Translations under genes and position numbers: made by a program
Shown: positions 47,413 to 57,777 of the stretch, one piece after another
Numbering within the stretch: the first letter of the stretch is position 1
How the letters are laid out: each line of letters starts with the position of its first letter
IMG/VR virus record: IMGVR_UViG_2930438282_000004
Span: 1-64,000 of that record
Strand: one strand, 5' to 3'
DNA length: 64,000 nt
Source of the DNA: a virus
Taxonomy: Duplodnaviria > Caudoviricetes
The notes under the pieces: generated by a model
Told to the model about the DNA's origin: nothing
Seen by the model: the letters and a program-made list of their open reading frames with translations, nothing else
The model's database searches: none

Positions 47413-47677
47413 GTCGTTCCTTTTGTTCTTGCGTAGGGGGTGTGGCAACGAGGCTAGGCCTGGCTGTTGTTCCGAAACTGACCAAGCCTTGTCCCTCCCT
47501 GCACAACCGCATCGCCCGCCGGACACCACCGCGGCCGCCACTCCACGGGGGGGGTGCGCGCCCCGAATCAACAGCGGTCGTTCCTGACCCGGGGCGTGTG
47601 GGTCGCGAGCCGTGGCAGCCGTGCGGGTGGCGCAGAACCGGGGGTGCGACCCGGGACACCCGGACCAGGCTGGAGCT

Positions 47678-47908
47678 ATGGCCAGGCATCGCGTGATCGT
47701 CTACCCGCCGACCAAGACGGGCGGCCGTCGGGTGCGCGTGGACGGATGCATCCTCGGCACCGCCTACAGCCCGCACGACCTCAGCGTGTTCCTCTGCCAC
47801 GCGGGCATCATGGGCTTGACCGAGGTGGACTTGGCAGCCGAGGACCCGATCGAGTACGTCAGCGAGCTGATTGAGTGGCGTGGCGGCGGCCCAGGCGTGT
47901 GGAAGTAG
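47678..47908 (+). CDS. Small hypothetical protein
   Basis: GGRRVRVDGCILGTAYS...IEWRGGGP. Confidence 0.7.
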   Translation: MARHRVIVYPPTKTGGRRVRVDGCILGTAYSPHDLSVFLCHAGIMGLTEVDLAAEDPIEYVSELIEWRGGGPGVWK

Positions 47909-47915
47909 ACCGAGC

Positions 47916-48092
47916 ATGCAGTTCCCCGTGCAGGTCGCCCTCGCCCAGCTCGTACCGAAGCTGCCGACCGGGCCGGGCTGGTGGTACGAGATCAAGCTCG
48001 ACGGCCACCGCGCGATCCTGTGGCGGACGGCAGAGGGCGTATGGCTCCAGGCGCGGTCGGGCCGTGACGTCACCGCATCCTGGATGGACATC
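47916..48092 (+). pseudogene. ATP-dependent DNA ligase, N-terminal fragment
   Basis: WWYEIKLDGHR (motif I KxDG), ARSGRDVT; similarity ends at SWMDI. Confidence 0.85.
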
Positions 48093-48550
48093 CCCTCGCA
48101 GGAATGGATTCTCTCGAGGTGGTCCGGGTGTGGTGTGACGTGGGGTGAGGTGGATTCGTTGAGCTCTTGGGACTCGTTCTCGGGGCTGTGGCTCTGCGGC
48201 GGCGCCCATGGCGCCGACTGGGAGAAGACCAGGCAAACGGTGAAAGCAAAACTTTCAAGCCATCAACGGTTGCCAATGATTCATATCGTTCACATCCTGT
48301 TCGCAGAAACCGCTGTCCTCAACTTGCCGCCTCAGCAAGGGGGTTGAGTGAGACATGGTAGGCAGGTTACGGGTGATCCTTTTGCGCCAGGCGTGAGGAC
48401 GGTTGCTGTCTATCCCGCTTGGGTGCCCCTACCTTGATCGCCGGGCACGGTGGCGGATGTGAACCCTCCGCCGCCGCCCATCAACCAGGCCTGTGCCCGC
48501 CTCTTCACATCCGCGAGAAGTTGGCATGGGCACTACATCGAGGGGATTCC

Positions 48551-48961
48551 ATGCGCCGTAGAGCCAATGCCACTCTCATCGCTCTTGCCATCGCAGCAGG
48601 ATCTGTCATGTTCAGCGCGCCGGTAGCCTCGGCCGCCGCCTACTGTGACAGCTCCGGTTACACCGCCACCAACGAGCCGATGGAGCGGTGCACCAAGCTG
48701 TCCAACGGCATTCTGATTGTCCATCAGAGTTCCAGCGGCGTCGTCAGCACCACGTACGCCAAGACGGGCGGATCCACGATCTCCGCCCAGCTTGGCTACT
48801 CGCGCTCGGGGACCAGCCACTACGCCGGCGCCGTCTCCATCGCTTCGGGCCAGACGAAGTCCGCGACGTGGTCACTGTCGGCGAGCGCCTACTGCACAAG
48901 CACAATAGGCCTGCTTACGTACTCCGGCGGCTCGTACCAGACGCCTGCCTCGCACTGCTGA
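48551..48961 (+). CDS. Secreted Cys-containing protein
   Basis: Signal peptide ending VASA; four Cys; Ser/Thr/Gly-rich. Confidence 0.75.
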   Translation: MRRRANATLIALAIAAGSVMFSAPVASAAAYCDSSGYTATNEPMERCTKLSNGILIVHQSSSGVVSTTYAKTGGSTISAQLGYSRSGTSHYAGAVSIASGQTKSATWSLSASAYCTSTIGLLTYSGGSYQTPASHC

Positions 48962-49051
48962 ACCAGAGACCCACAGGCCCCGTCTACCAAGGCGGGGCCT
49001 TCCCTCTCCCGGTCCCGCTCTCCTCGACACGACAACGCAAGGAACCGTGCC

Positions 49052-50455
49052 GTGTTTTCCGCCATCTTTCAAGACCATGTCGGCTATCTGGCCGTCTGCA
49101 CCCTGATCGGCCTCGTTTTCGGCGGCGCAGCATGGACGCTCGTCCGTAAGCGTGGAAACCCTCACGGGGCATGGTGGGCCGGGCTCGCCTTCACTCTTAC
49201 CGGCGTGCTCGGCGTCACTTTCATGGGCAGCGGCTCGGCCAGCGGTGTGTGCGTCCTCAACCATCAATTCGCCGAGCCCTTCCACACCACGCAAGGGTTG
49301 TGGAACCTCGCCATGATGGTGCCCGTCGGCGCCTGCGCACTCTTGGCTGTCCGTCGCCCGTTGCCTGTCCTGGTCGGCGTCGTCGCGCTGCCCCTGGCCA
49401 TCGAATTCACCCAGGCCACCGTCAACGGCCTGGGGCGCGTGTGTGACAGCGCGGACGCCGAGATGAACATTATCGGCGGGTTGATCGGGTTCGCTGGTGT
49501 CGCGGTTGTTCTCGCAATCCGCCACTCGCTCGCCTGGCAGGCGGGTACCAAGGGCGCCCTGATCGCTTTCGCGGCGCTGCTCCTCCTGGGCTCGGGAGTG
49601 GTGCGTCCAATGCTCAACTTTACGAACGTGGATGGCAGCACCCTCGTCGGTGCAAGTTCCGACCAGAAACTGGCCGTTGCGGCTGCTGTCAAGGAGGCGT
49701 TCGGTGACCGCTACAAGATCGGCCAGCAGTACGAGCAGCCGTGCGTGGGCGCCGCATGCGCCAACATCATCTTCAACCTGTACAGCCGCGAAGAGGGGCA
49801 TTCCGAAGACTTCGGTAACGGCAGCCTTTCCTGGCCTGACAAGAAGCACCTGAACGTACAGCTGGAGAACAGCGACCGGCCTACCGCCCTGGGATACCCG
49901 GTGGGAGGTACGGAAGCCCCATCTACCGATGCAGCAGCCTCTCGAATCGCGAAGTCGTACGCTCAGCGACAGTATCCGTGGGCGATGGGTTCGACCATGA
50001 GTGAAACGTCTCCTGTGGGCGCAAAGGCCGAACTTGGTTGGATCACGAGCTGGAGATGGACTTACAACGACGTGCTGATGCCCAGGATGCTGGACGTCCA
50101 GGTAGACAGGGCCGGGCATGTATCTCAGATTGACGTCACCCTCGGTCCGACCCGGGTCAACCTTCCCGAAGCCAAGCTTGACGCCAAGCGGGCCGAAAAG
50201 GAAGTAAACAGGGCGGTATCGGTACAACTCCAAGGCAATGGGAACACTGGAGCGGAATTCCATACCAAAGCAGTTACCGTAAAAGCGGTCGAGCAAGACG
50301 GTGCTTGGCAGCCGAACTGGCTTGTGAACGTGACGTGGCCCAGTAACGGAGCGAGCGATGATTCACAAGAGCAGGCACCGGTTGATATGTACCGCGTGAA
50401 CGCCGTGACTGGGCAGGTGTACGACGCAGGCGGGCAGCCCCTCAAAACGAACTGA
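49052..50455 (+). CDS. VanZ-like membrane protein with extracellular domain
   Basis: WNLAMMVPVG, IEFTQ...GRVCDSADAEMNIIG. Confidence 0.8.
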   Translation: MFSAIFQDHVGYLAVCTLIGLVFGGAAWTLVRKRGNPHGAWWAGLAFTLTGVLGVTFMGSGSASGVCVLNHQFAEPFHTTQGLWNLAMMVPVGACALLAVRRPLPVLVGVVALPLAIEFTQATVNGLGRVCDSADAEMNIIGGLIGFAGVAVVLAIRHSLAWQAGTKGALIAFAALLLLGSGVVRPMLNFTNVDGSTLVGASSDQKLAVAAAVKEAFGDRYKIGQQYEQPCVGAACANIIFNLYSREEGHSEDFGNGSLSWPDKKHLNVQLENSDRPTALGYPVGGTEAPSTDAAASRIAKSYAQRQYPWAMGSTMSETSPVGAKAELGWITSWRWTYNDVLMPRMLDVQVDRAGHVSQIDVTLGPTRVNLPEAKLDAKRAEKEVNRAVSVQLQGNGNTGAEFHTKAVTVKAVEQDGAWQPNWLVNVTWPSNGASDDSQEQAPVDMYRVNAVTGQVYDAGGQPLKTN

Positions 50456-50651
50456 CACCCACGACCAGCGCGTTGCGATCCTGGGCCACTTGGGCCTGTC
50501 CGGCGGATCTTACCGGACAGGCCCGGGCCGCCGGGCGCTGTCCGCGCAGTAGCAGGCGGCGGCCACGAAACATCTCCAGCCGAAGCGTCTTCTGCATGGC
50601 CCTGGGGAACCAACGAACCCAGAGTGACCGATCTTCGGCGGTTCTCACTCC

Positions 50652-51320
50652 GGAACTGTCCTCGACGGCGAGGCCGTGATCGTCGTCGACGGCGTGATCT
50701 CGTTCGAGGCCGCGCAGTCCCGCGCGGCCTCGGCGCCGGCTCGGGCGCTGCGGCTCGCTGAGCGGCATCCGGCCCTGCCCGTCGTCTGGGACGTCCTCGC
50801 GCTGCCAGGCCAGGACATGCGCGGCCGACCGTACGAGGAACGGCGCGCCGCAATGCTGGACGTGGTCGGACGGCTGCCGGAGCCGTCGAGGATCCAGGCC
50901 GTGTCGGCCTCGGACGATCCGGACGTTGCCCGCGCCTGGTACGACTCCCTCATCGACGCCGGCGTCGAGGGCGTCGTCGCGAAACGCGCAACGTCGACGT
51001 ACCGGCCGGGCCGCTCATCGTCCTGGCAGAAGGTCCGCCACGCCGAAACGGTCGACGCGGACGTCGTCGGATACACCGGCCCGGCGCTCCGGCCGAAGGC
51101 GCTCGCCGTCCGCCTCCCCGATGGGCGAACAGCTCTGACGCAGAAGCTGACCGCTCGGCTCGCCGCGTTGGTCGGCCCGCATCTGGCAGCCACCGGGCCG
51201 GCCGGGCGAGCGCACACGGACGCCGGGGACAGGTACACCGTGGCGCCGCCCGGGCTCGTGATCGAAGTGCTGGCGGGTACGACGCGGCATGCGGTCGTCA
51301 CGGCTACGCGTCTGCGCTGA
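50652..51320 (+). pseudogene. ATP-dependent DNA ligase, C-terminal fragment
   Basis: GTVLDGEAV (motif III), VVWDVL, GVEGVVAK, YRPGR...WQKVRH. Confidence 0.85.
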
Positions 51321-51494
51321 CAGCTTGCCTCCGGGGCGGGGGAGCACACGATCTGGCAGCCGGGGATCACACGGCGCCCTGCGCTAATTGGTGTGCGCTC
51401 AGCGGCAAAGACTTTGCGGCTGGAACGACGAAGCATCTAGTCGGGCGCCAGTACCGGTTCAGGCGCCCGAGAGCCTCGAATCGAGAGGAAGAAA

Positions 51495-51884
51495 GTGCGA
51501 ATTCGATCAAGCGTGGCACGGCTGACGGCAGCTGTCGCCGTCACCGTCGGGGCAATCGCCGCCACGACGGCCGCTCCGGCTTCGGCCGCGCCGTCTGCCG
51601 TCAACACGCGCGCCTGTCCCAGCCAGTACTTCTGCGCCTATCACACCAGTGGGGACAACTATCCGTGCAAGTGGAAGGACGACGCCCCCAACTGGGACAA
51701 TTGCTCCTGGGTCCAGGATGGGAAGTTCACGTACGCCGTCTACAACAACGGCACCTCGGGCAGGGGCGTGACGATGTATCGATACCACAACTACAGCAGT
51801 CCAATTGGGGCCTGCGTCAAGCGCGGGCAGGTGGTTTATCTCGCAAACAACTACAGCCCTGGCTCATCCAAGTGGAACTGTTGA
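51495..51884 (+). CDS. Secreted peptidase-inhibitor I36-like protein
   Basis: Signal peptide; ACPSQYFCAY, VYNNG. Confidence 0.7.
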   Translation: MRIRSSVARLTAAVAVTVGAIAATTAAPASAAPSAVNTRACPSQYFCAYHTSGDNYPCKWKDDAPNWDNCSWVQDGKFTYAVYNNGTSGRGVTMYRYHNYSSPIGACVKRGQVVYLANNYSPGSSKWNC

Positions 51885-52036
51885 CGACCTGATCGGCGCT
51901 GCACGCGGGCAGCACGAAGCCCCCGCCGAAGACGGCGGGGGCTGTACACCACGGCATGCGATCGAGACCGTGACCCGGTCGCGGTGATCGACGTGGTGAA
52001 CGGCACGGCGGAGGCGAGGCGTTGGGATGCACGTGA

Positions 52037-52079
52037 TTCGTACTCGATACATGCTTGCGTTTCGTACTCGATACATGCT
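52037..52079 (+). repeat. 19 bp direct repeat, operator candidate
   Basis: TTCGTACTCGATACATGCT at 52037 and 52061. Confidence 0.8.
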
Positions 52080-52090
52080 CCACTGATGGC

Positions 52091-52405
52091 ATGACGAACA
52101 TCCGGCTCACAAAGCCGACGATCGCCGTCCTGGAGACACTGCTCTCCGCGACGAGCGACGCCCCAGCCTGGGGCCTCAGCATCTGCCGCGACGCCGACCT
52201 CGGACCCGGCACCGTCTACCCCATCCTCGACCGGCTCACCGAACGCGGCTGGATCACCAGCCACGAAGAGACCGGCCCCCACCCCGGCCGCCCTGCCCGC
52301 CGCTTCTACGAACTCACCGGCGTCGGCCGGCGATCGGCATTGGAGGCGCTGGAGTCCCGAAGGGCCCGCCGGTTTGGCCTTGGTTTGACAGGTGGAACCT
52401 CGTGA
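52091..52405 (+). CDS. PadR-family regulator
   Basis: GTVYPILDRLTERGWI...RPARRFYELTGVG. Confidence 0.9.
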   Translation: MTNIRLTKPTIAVLETLLSATSDAPAWGLSICRDADLGPGTVYPILDRLTERGWITSHEETGPHPGRPARRFYELTGVGRRSALEALESRRARRFGLGLTGGTS

Positions 52406-53151
52406 GCCAGAGCCTTCCTTTCATGCTGTCTTGGTCGAGCGCAGCCCGTAGAGGACTGAAACGTCTAGGCCCCGTAGGCGCGGAGCGCGTCGTACGCGGG
52501 GTGACGGCGTTGCCGTCATCGCCTGTCTTCGCGGCGTCGAAGACGGGGGACGTTTTCACCTTGACCATGAACTCCCGCACGCCATTAGGTAACTCCCATC
52601 TATGGCACCCCGGTGCGTTGATCACGGTGATTCCGGATCTTGAGCGCAGGCTCTTGCGGATCAGAAAGGTTGCGGTGCTTCCGATTGGCCAACTGACGCC
52701 GCAGGCACCGTTGAGGACTGCGCGCTCTGCGACAGACCTTGCCGTGCGCCTCGCAGGTCCAGCTCGATCTCACCTACGCGAAGAGTGGGGCGCGCTGCTG
52801 GCTGGGTCTCCCGAGGAGGGGATGTCGCTTTCTCGGATGCATCAGCAGGTACTTGCCCTAGGCTTCCTCGTCGCTGCGCTCAGGATGCGGGTGCGTGACG
52901 GCGTACGGCCTGCGTGGCGGCCCGTCGACTGGCTACTTCGCGTTCAATCCCGCACCAACGCTTTCATCGCCGCTGTTGTGGGCGCCCAGGCGGTCTACAT
53001 CGTCGGGGATGGTGGCCTGGGGGCACTTGCGACTGAGGTATGGGAGCCGTGCGGTGCTGCGGGTGCTTCGCTGTTCCTCCTGGCGCGTTGGCTCCGTCGC
53101 GTGCGCGGCATCGAGCTGGCGACATCGGAGTCTGAGCCTGCGGATGAGTAG
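52402..53151 (+). CDS. PadR-coupled membrane protein
   Basis: GTGA overlap; HLREEW motif; C-terminal TM helices. Confidence 0.6.
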   Translation: MSQSLPFMLSWSSAARRGLKRLGPVGAERVVRGVTALPSSPVFAASKTGDVFTLTMNSRTPLGNSHLWHPGALITVIPDLERRLLRIRKVAVLPIGQLTPQAPLRTARSATDLAVRLAGPARSHLREEWGALLAGSPEEGMSLSRMHQQVLALGFLVAALRMRVRDGVRPAWRPVDWLLRVQSRTNAFIAAVVGAQAVYIVGDGGLGALATEVWEPCGAAGASLFLLARWLRRVRGIELATSESEPADE

Positions 53152-53270
53152 AACGAAGCCGCCCGCCTCATGTCCCCCGTGGCGGGCGGCTCGTGCCGTA
53201 GGTGTGCAGAGATCAGGGTCGGCGGCGGCGCACTGTAGGTGTCCTGGGCCGCTAGACGACACCGGCCGGG

Positions 53271-53295
53271 GCCGGCGGCGGGATTCGAACCCGCG
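53271..53295 (-). other. tRNA T-arm-like remnant
   Basis: GCGGG-TTCGAAT-CCCGC followed by CGCCGGC; no matching 5' half. Confidence 0.5.
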
Positions 53296-53407
53296 TTGCT
53301 TCGGGCGCCTGCCGATCGTGACCTCAAGCTGCATGGTGGTGGGAGCCCTGATGTAGGCACTTCCAGGCGCCCTGCCGGATTCCCCTGGTTTCTGCGACCA
53401 TCGGCCA

Positions 53408-54808
53408 ATGGTCGACATTAGGGATCGTTCGGCGCTCCGTACACTGGTCGGCGAGGTCGTCGCGGGTCTTGGTCACTTGACTCACCGCGACCTGACCCCG
53501 GCCTTCGAGCAGCTGGGCATGCCACTGGTCCCTGAGGATGCCGGGAGCAAGCGCGAGCGGATTGAGCTGAGCCTCAGTCAGGTGTCGGCAGCTGAGCTGC
53601 CGAAGGTGGCGCGCCGCGTCTTGGAGACGAGTCGCGTCTACGTGAGGGCGTCGATCCGCTATCAGATAGAAGACCTGTTGTGGGAAGAGGAAGCACCGCA
53701 CGAGATCCCCAAAAAGTTCCGCCGCGAGTTGGCGCGCGCGCTCGACCTTTCGGAGCTCGCCCAGCACCACGCTCCCTTCATGCGGCTACTTGACCGGCTT
53801 TGGATATCTGAGGAACCAGGCCCCCTCCTCGGTGATCTACTGAACGGGAGACGGCCGGCGACGCTGACAGACCGCATTGAACGGCATGTTTTCCGCAACC
53901 CCGGGGACTGGTCAACAGAAGTCCTTTTCGAGAACCTCGGTGTGTTCGAGGCCGGGGACGCCAGATTCGCCCGTTTCCTAGAGGGCCTGGTATCAGCAGA
54001 CGTTCTCCTCGATGAGGACCTCCAGATGGCGACCGTCGGCACGATCAATAGCCGTCTCCGTGGCGCTGGACTGGAGTTGAGACTAACCGGCAATGACGGC
54101 GGCTATCCGCTGTTCACAGTGGTGTCGACGCGACTGCATGGCAACCGGCGACCGAAGAACATCATTTTTGCCTCTCTCGTCAAGCCGGACATCCGTTTCC
54201 AGTCCTCGTTGGACAACGACATCGAGATCGTCGGAGGGAACCCGGACGACATTCTCGTCTATGACCGGGAGATCCCTACTGAGGGCTTGCGCTGGCGTGA
54301 TGTGCATGCCTGGTGGCAAGAAACCCGCAAGTTTGGCAGCGAAGTCGACGCCAGGAAGGACCTCTACCAACGACTCCTTAAGAGCCTGCCGAAGAACTCG
54401 GATGGCCAGAAGAATCTCTTCATCGCCTACCACGAGATTCTCAAACCATCAGTCGAGGTGCCGGCTCTCCTGCCTGAAGTGTGGCTGCACTGGGACCACA
54501 AGACGGTTCAAGAGCGTGGCCCTGAGGCGTTGCTCCGCTCTCGCATGGATTTCCTCCTGCTACTGCCTCATGGGCAGCGCGTCGTTCTCGAGGTCGATGG
54601 TTCGCAGCACTACACCCGCGACCGCGGCCGCACCCCGGACACCACCAAGTACGCGGAGATGGTAGCCGCCGACCGCGACCTAAAGCTCAGAGGGTACGAA
54701 GTGTTCCGCTTCGGACACGACGAACTGAAAGACATTGATGCCGCCCGAGCCCTTCTTCGACAGTTCCTCCCGGACATGTTCCGCCGATTCAGGGTGAGCA
54801 ATTACTGA
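53408..54808 (+). CDS. AbiJ-related protein with C-terminal PD-(D/E)xK (DUF559-like) nuclease fold
   Basis: KNIIFAS, RMDFLLL...VVLEVDGSQHY...DRDLKLRGYEVFRFG. Confidence 0.7.
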   Translation: MVDIRDRSALRTLVGEVVAGLGHLTHRDLTPAFEQLGMPLVPEDAGSKRERIELSLSQVSAAELPKVARRVLETSRVYVRASIRYQIEDLLWEEEAPHEIPKKFRRELARALDLSELAQHHAPFMRLLDRLWISEEPGPLLGDLLNGRRPATLTDRIERHVFRNPGDWSTEVLFENLGVFEAGDARFARFLEGLVSADVLLDEDLQMATVGTINSRLRGAGLELRLTGNDGGYPLFTVVSTRLHGNRRPKNIIFASLVKPDIRFQSSLDNDIEIVGGNPDDILVYDREIPTEGLRWRDVHAWWQETRKFGSEVDARKDLYQRLLKSLPKNSDGQKNLFIAYHEILKPSVEVPALLPEVWLHWDHKTVQERGPEALLRSRMDFLLLLPHGQRVVLEVDGSQHYTRDRGRTPDTTKYAEMVAADRDLKLRGYEVFRFGHDELKDIDAARALLRQFLPDMFRRFRVSNY

Positions 54809-54966
54809 CGCTTCAGCGTTGCGCATATCAGAGTTGGTCCCTGACAGTGAGCCTTTTCCAACCTAAGGGCTGTCCCGTAATCGATCACGGGTCGCTGTCT
54901 TGTGCGCGGCACATGATGGAGGGTTCGCAGGTCACAGGTCCGTTGGCCAAGCCGTAGCATGCCTTC

Positions 54967-55674
54967 GTGACGCGGCCCTGGACGATGCGCAAGATGGCGG
55001 ATGAGTTTGCACAGTTGCTCGGGATGGCTCCTGCCGGTGTGGACGGCGGCAACCTCACGTTCGCAAGGGGAGACTTGCAGTCCACACTCTCGATCTGGAA
55101 AGACCGCTACGACCGGGCGGTCTTCGGCTGGATGGTCGTCACCTACGACACCGCCCTCCATGACCAGATGGAGAGCTTCGGCGGAATGAGCATCCGGATC
55201 GACCACCCCACGCCAAGCGGCGAAGCGAACCCGACCAATATCCCCCCGGAGGCCCGGTATCCCTGGCCTGCGAGTGGAAGTCCCCTGGGGAGGGAGGCCA
55301 CTGCCGCCGTCACTGAGTACGGGCCTCCCTCCTTGCACTTCGTCCGCGACCGCCACGACCTGGGCCTGCTCCTGCTGGCAGATACCCACGTTCACCGCGA
55401 CAGCGTCTGGGCTTTCGCACCGACCAACAACGAGCCTGGACGGCTTGCACAGGCGATCTTGCTTGCCCGGCACTACGGGGACCAAGAACTGGAACGGGCG
55501 GCCGTGGCCAAGCTGCGGAAGCGAGGCGAGGAACCTGTGGCGCCCTGGCCCGACTACCTCTTCCGACAAGCCGTCGCCGACTGGGCCAAGCAGTTCTCCA
55601 AGGCCACCGGGATCGACCTTGGCGACTTGGCCAAGCTCAAGCAGAAACGCCCTCACTATCCCGAGGCCCCGTAA
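54967..55674 (+). CDS. Hypothetical passenger protein of the inner IS
   Basis: 235 aa intact ORF between the left IR and the transposase. Confidence 0.7.
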   Translation: MTRPWTMRKMADEFAQLLGMAPAGVDGGNLTFARGDLQSTLSIWKDRYDRAVFGWMVVTYDTALHDQMESFGGMSIRIDHPTPSGEANPTNIPPEARYPWPASGSPLGREATAAVTEYGPPSLHFVRDRHDLGLLLLADTHVHRDSVWAFAPTNNEPGRLAQAILLARHYGDQELERAAVAKLRKRGEEPVAPWPDYLFRQAVADWAKQFSKATGIDLGDLAKLKQKRPHYPEAP

Positions 55675-55724
55675 TCTCAAGGTCACCGTTCCAGTGCTTC
55701 CTTATCCGGCAGCATGATCTCCAT

Positions 55725-56501
55725 GTGGCTGCCGTGATCACATCCTCGGAACCGTGCTGGATAACCCCGTTCACGGGGCTGACCCCGCAAAGCTTCAACA
55801 AACTCGTTGCCGCATTGCGCAGAGGCGGCGCCGACGGTGTACGGCGCGGACGGCCCTGGAGCCTTCCTCTGGAAGGCCGCGTGCTCCTCGTGGCTGCGTA
55901 CTGGCGCACCAACCTCACCATGCGCCAGCTGGCACCGCTCTTCGGGATCTCCAAGTCTGCCGCTGATCGCATCATCGACCACATGGCTCCTCTGCTGGCC
56001 CTGCAACAGCGCAGGCGCTTCAGCGACGCCACCGTGCTGATCGTCGACGGCACCTTAGTGCCCACACGCGATCACACCGTGGCTGAGCAGTCGAAAAACT
56101 ATCGGTACTCCACCAATCACCAGGTAGTCGTCGACGCCGACACTCGGCTCGTCGTTGTGGTCGGCCGGCCCCTGCCCGGCAACCGCAACGACTGCATAGC
56201 GTGGGAGCTGTCCGGCGCAAAGGCCGCCGTCGGCAACGCCACAGTGATTGCCGACGGCGGCTACCGGGGCACCGGCCTGGTCATCCCACATCGCCGTGAG
56301 CGCGACCAGGCCCGACTCCCAGGCTGGAAAGAAGAACACAACCGCTCGCACCGACATGTCCGCGCTCGTGTCGAGCATGTCTTCGCCCGCATGAAGTGCT
56401 GGAAGATCCTTCGCGACTGCCGCTTGAAAGGCGACGGCGTTTACCATGCCGTGCTCGGCATCGCTCACCTTCACAACCTCACCGTCGTCCGGCCCAGGTG
56501 A
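55725..56501 (+). CDS. IS5-family DDE transposase
   Basis: YWRTNLTMRQLAPLFG, LIVDGTLVP, IADGGYRG, RARVEHVFARMK. Confidence 0.93.
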   Translation: MAAVITSSEPCWITPFTGLTPQSFNKLVAALRRGGADGVRRGRPWSLPLEGRVLLVAAYWRTNLTMRQLAPLFGISKSAADRIIDHMAPLLALQQRRRFSDATVLIVDGTLVPTRDHTVAEQSKNYRYSTNHQVVVDADTRLVVVVGRPLPGNRNDCIAWELSGAKAAVGNATVIADGGYRGTGLVIPHRRERDQARLPGWKEEHNRSHRHVRARVEHVFARMKCWKILRDCRLKGDGVYHAVLGIAHLHNLTVVRPR

Positions 56502-56626
56502 TCATTGCGGGACAAGCCTTAGTCGCGTGTGAGGCGAGTTGGATTGGTACCCGGTCGGCCGGTATGGCGAAGCTCCTGATAGATGAGTTCACGACCAAGA
56601 TCACTCGATCGACCAGGAGCTTCGTC

Positions 56627-57388
56627 ATGCTTGTCTACCCGTCCGGGATCGACCTGTCCAGCCGGACCCTGCGGCTGCTGTCCGAACGACTTGCCGCTCG
56701 CCGCCGTGACCAGGGGACCCGGTGGCGGCGCCTGCCGGTCGGTCGGCAGGCCCTGCTCGTGCTGGCCCACCTTCGGTGCGGCGACACCTACGCGACACTG
56801 GCCGCCGGGTTAGGCGTCGGGATCGCCACCGTCTGCCGCTACATTCGCGAGGCCGTCGAGTTGCTGGCCGCCCTCGCGCCCACTCTCGATGAGGCCATCG
56901 AGCAGGCCCGATCGAAGGCGTACGTGATCCTGGACGGGACACTGTTGCCCATCGATCGTATCGCTGCCGACCGGCCGTTCTACTCCGGCAAGCACAAGAA
57001 GCACGGCATGAATGTCCAGGTGCTGACCGACCCGTTCGGGCGTCTGTTGTGGGCTTCGCCCGCACTGCCAGGAGCCACCCACGACCTGACCGCCGCCCGC
57101 ACCCACGGCATCGTCGACGCCCTGACCAAGGCCGATCTTGCCTGCTGGGCGGACAAGGGCTATCAGGGCGCCGGAGGCACGATCCGGGTGCCGTTCCGCG
57201 GTCGGCACCGCAACCTGCCGACAGGCCAGCAGGCGGTGAACGTCGCTCACGCCCGCATCCGGGGTATCGGCGAACAGGCCATGGCCACCCTCAAGAACTG
57301 GCGCCTGCTGCGCAAGCTGCGCTGCAGCACCACCCGCATCACCAGCCTGGTGCAAGCCATCCTGACACTCCACCACGCGTCGGCATGA
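56627..57388 (+). CDS. IS5-family DDE transposase
   Basis: ILDGTLLP, YSGKHKKHGMNVQV, WADKGYQG, GEQAMATLKNWR. Confidence 0.93.
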   Translation: MLVYPSGIDLSSRTLRLLSERLAARRRDQGTRWRRLPVGRQALLVLAHLRCGDTYATLAAGLGVGIATVCRYIREAVELLAALAPTLDEAIEQARSKAYVILDGTLLPIDRIAADRPFYSGKHKKHGMNVQVLTDPFGRLLWASPALPGATHDLTAARTHGIVDALTKADLACWADKGYQGAGGTIRVPFRGRHRNLPTGQQAVNVAHARIRGIGEQAMATLKNWRLLRKLRCSTTRITSLVQAILTLHHASA

Positions 57389-57399
57389 GCACGTTTGAC

Positions 57400-57777
57400 C
57401 TACCTGGGGTCATCGCATTCCCACGGGTAACCGAAGCAATCCGGCCGCAGCCCCCAGAGCGCGAGTGCCTCCGTGAGCGCCACTTCATCCGTTACCGACG
57501 CCGTGCGCACCAGGACCGCGCCGATGTCGTAGTCAAAGCCGTCGATGCAGTCAGCGTCGTACTCCCAGTGCTCCAGGCGAAAGCCACGCGCCGCATCACC
57601 ACGTACCCAGCCCTCCCGCGCTGCCTGAGCGTCCCGCGCATCTTGAGCCGGGGTGATATCCACAAACGCCCGTCGACCAGGGCGGGACGCCGAGACCTCT
57701 GCGACCACCCGGCGCCCCAGCCGCAGGGCGCTCAGCTTGTCTGTCGGCCAGGCCGACCGCTCATTCACAGACCTCAT
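57400..57777 (-). CDS. Hypothetical passenger protein of the outer IS
   Basis: Intact ORF convergent on the transposase and inside the right IR. Confidence 0.65.
   Translation of the reverse strand: MRSVNERSAWPTDKLSALRLGRRVVAEVSASRPGRRAFVDITPAQDARDAQAAREGWVRGDAARGFRLEHWEYDADCIDGFDYDIGAVLVRTASVTDEVALTEALALWGLRPDCFGYPWECDDPR

Larger units (their letters stand above)
54866..56519 (+). mobile_element. Inner IS5-family (IS112-like) element with a passenger gene
   Basis: IRs AGGGCTGTCCCGTAATCGATCAC and GTGATCATTGCGGGACAAGCCT; TA duplicated at 54864-65 and 56520-21. Confidence 0.85.

Noticed and set aside
47871-48347. Intact 158 aa ligase-like ORF
   Set aside because: Ligase similarity stops at 48092; the rest is read-through into inserted DNA.
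52037-52079. Possible CRISPR mini-array
   Set aside because: Only two 19 bp copies with a 5 bp gap and no cas genes.
53230-53345. Complete tRNA gene
   Set aside because: Only the T-arm is good; no 5' acceptor strand, D-arm or anticodon stem could be folded.
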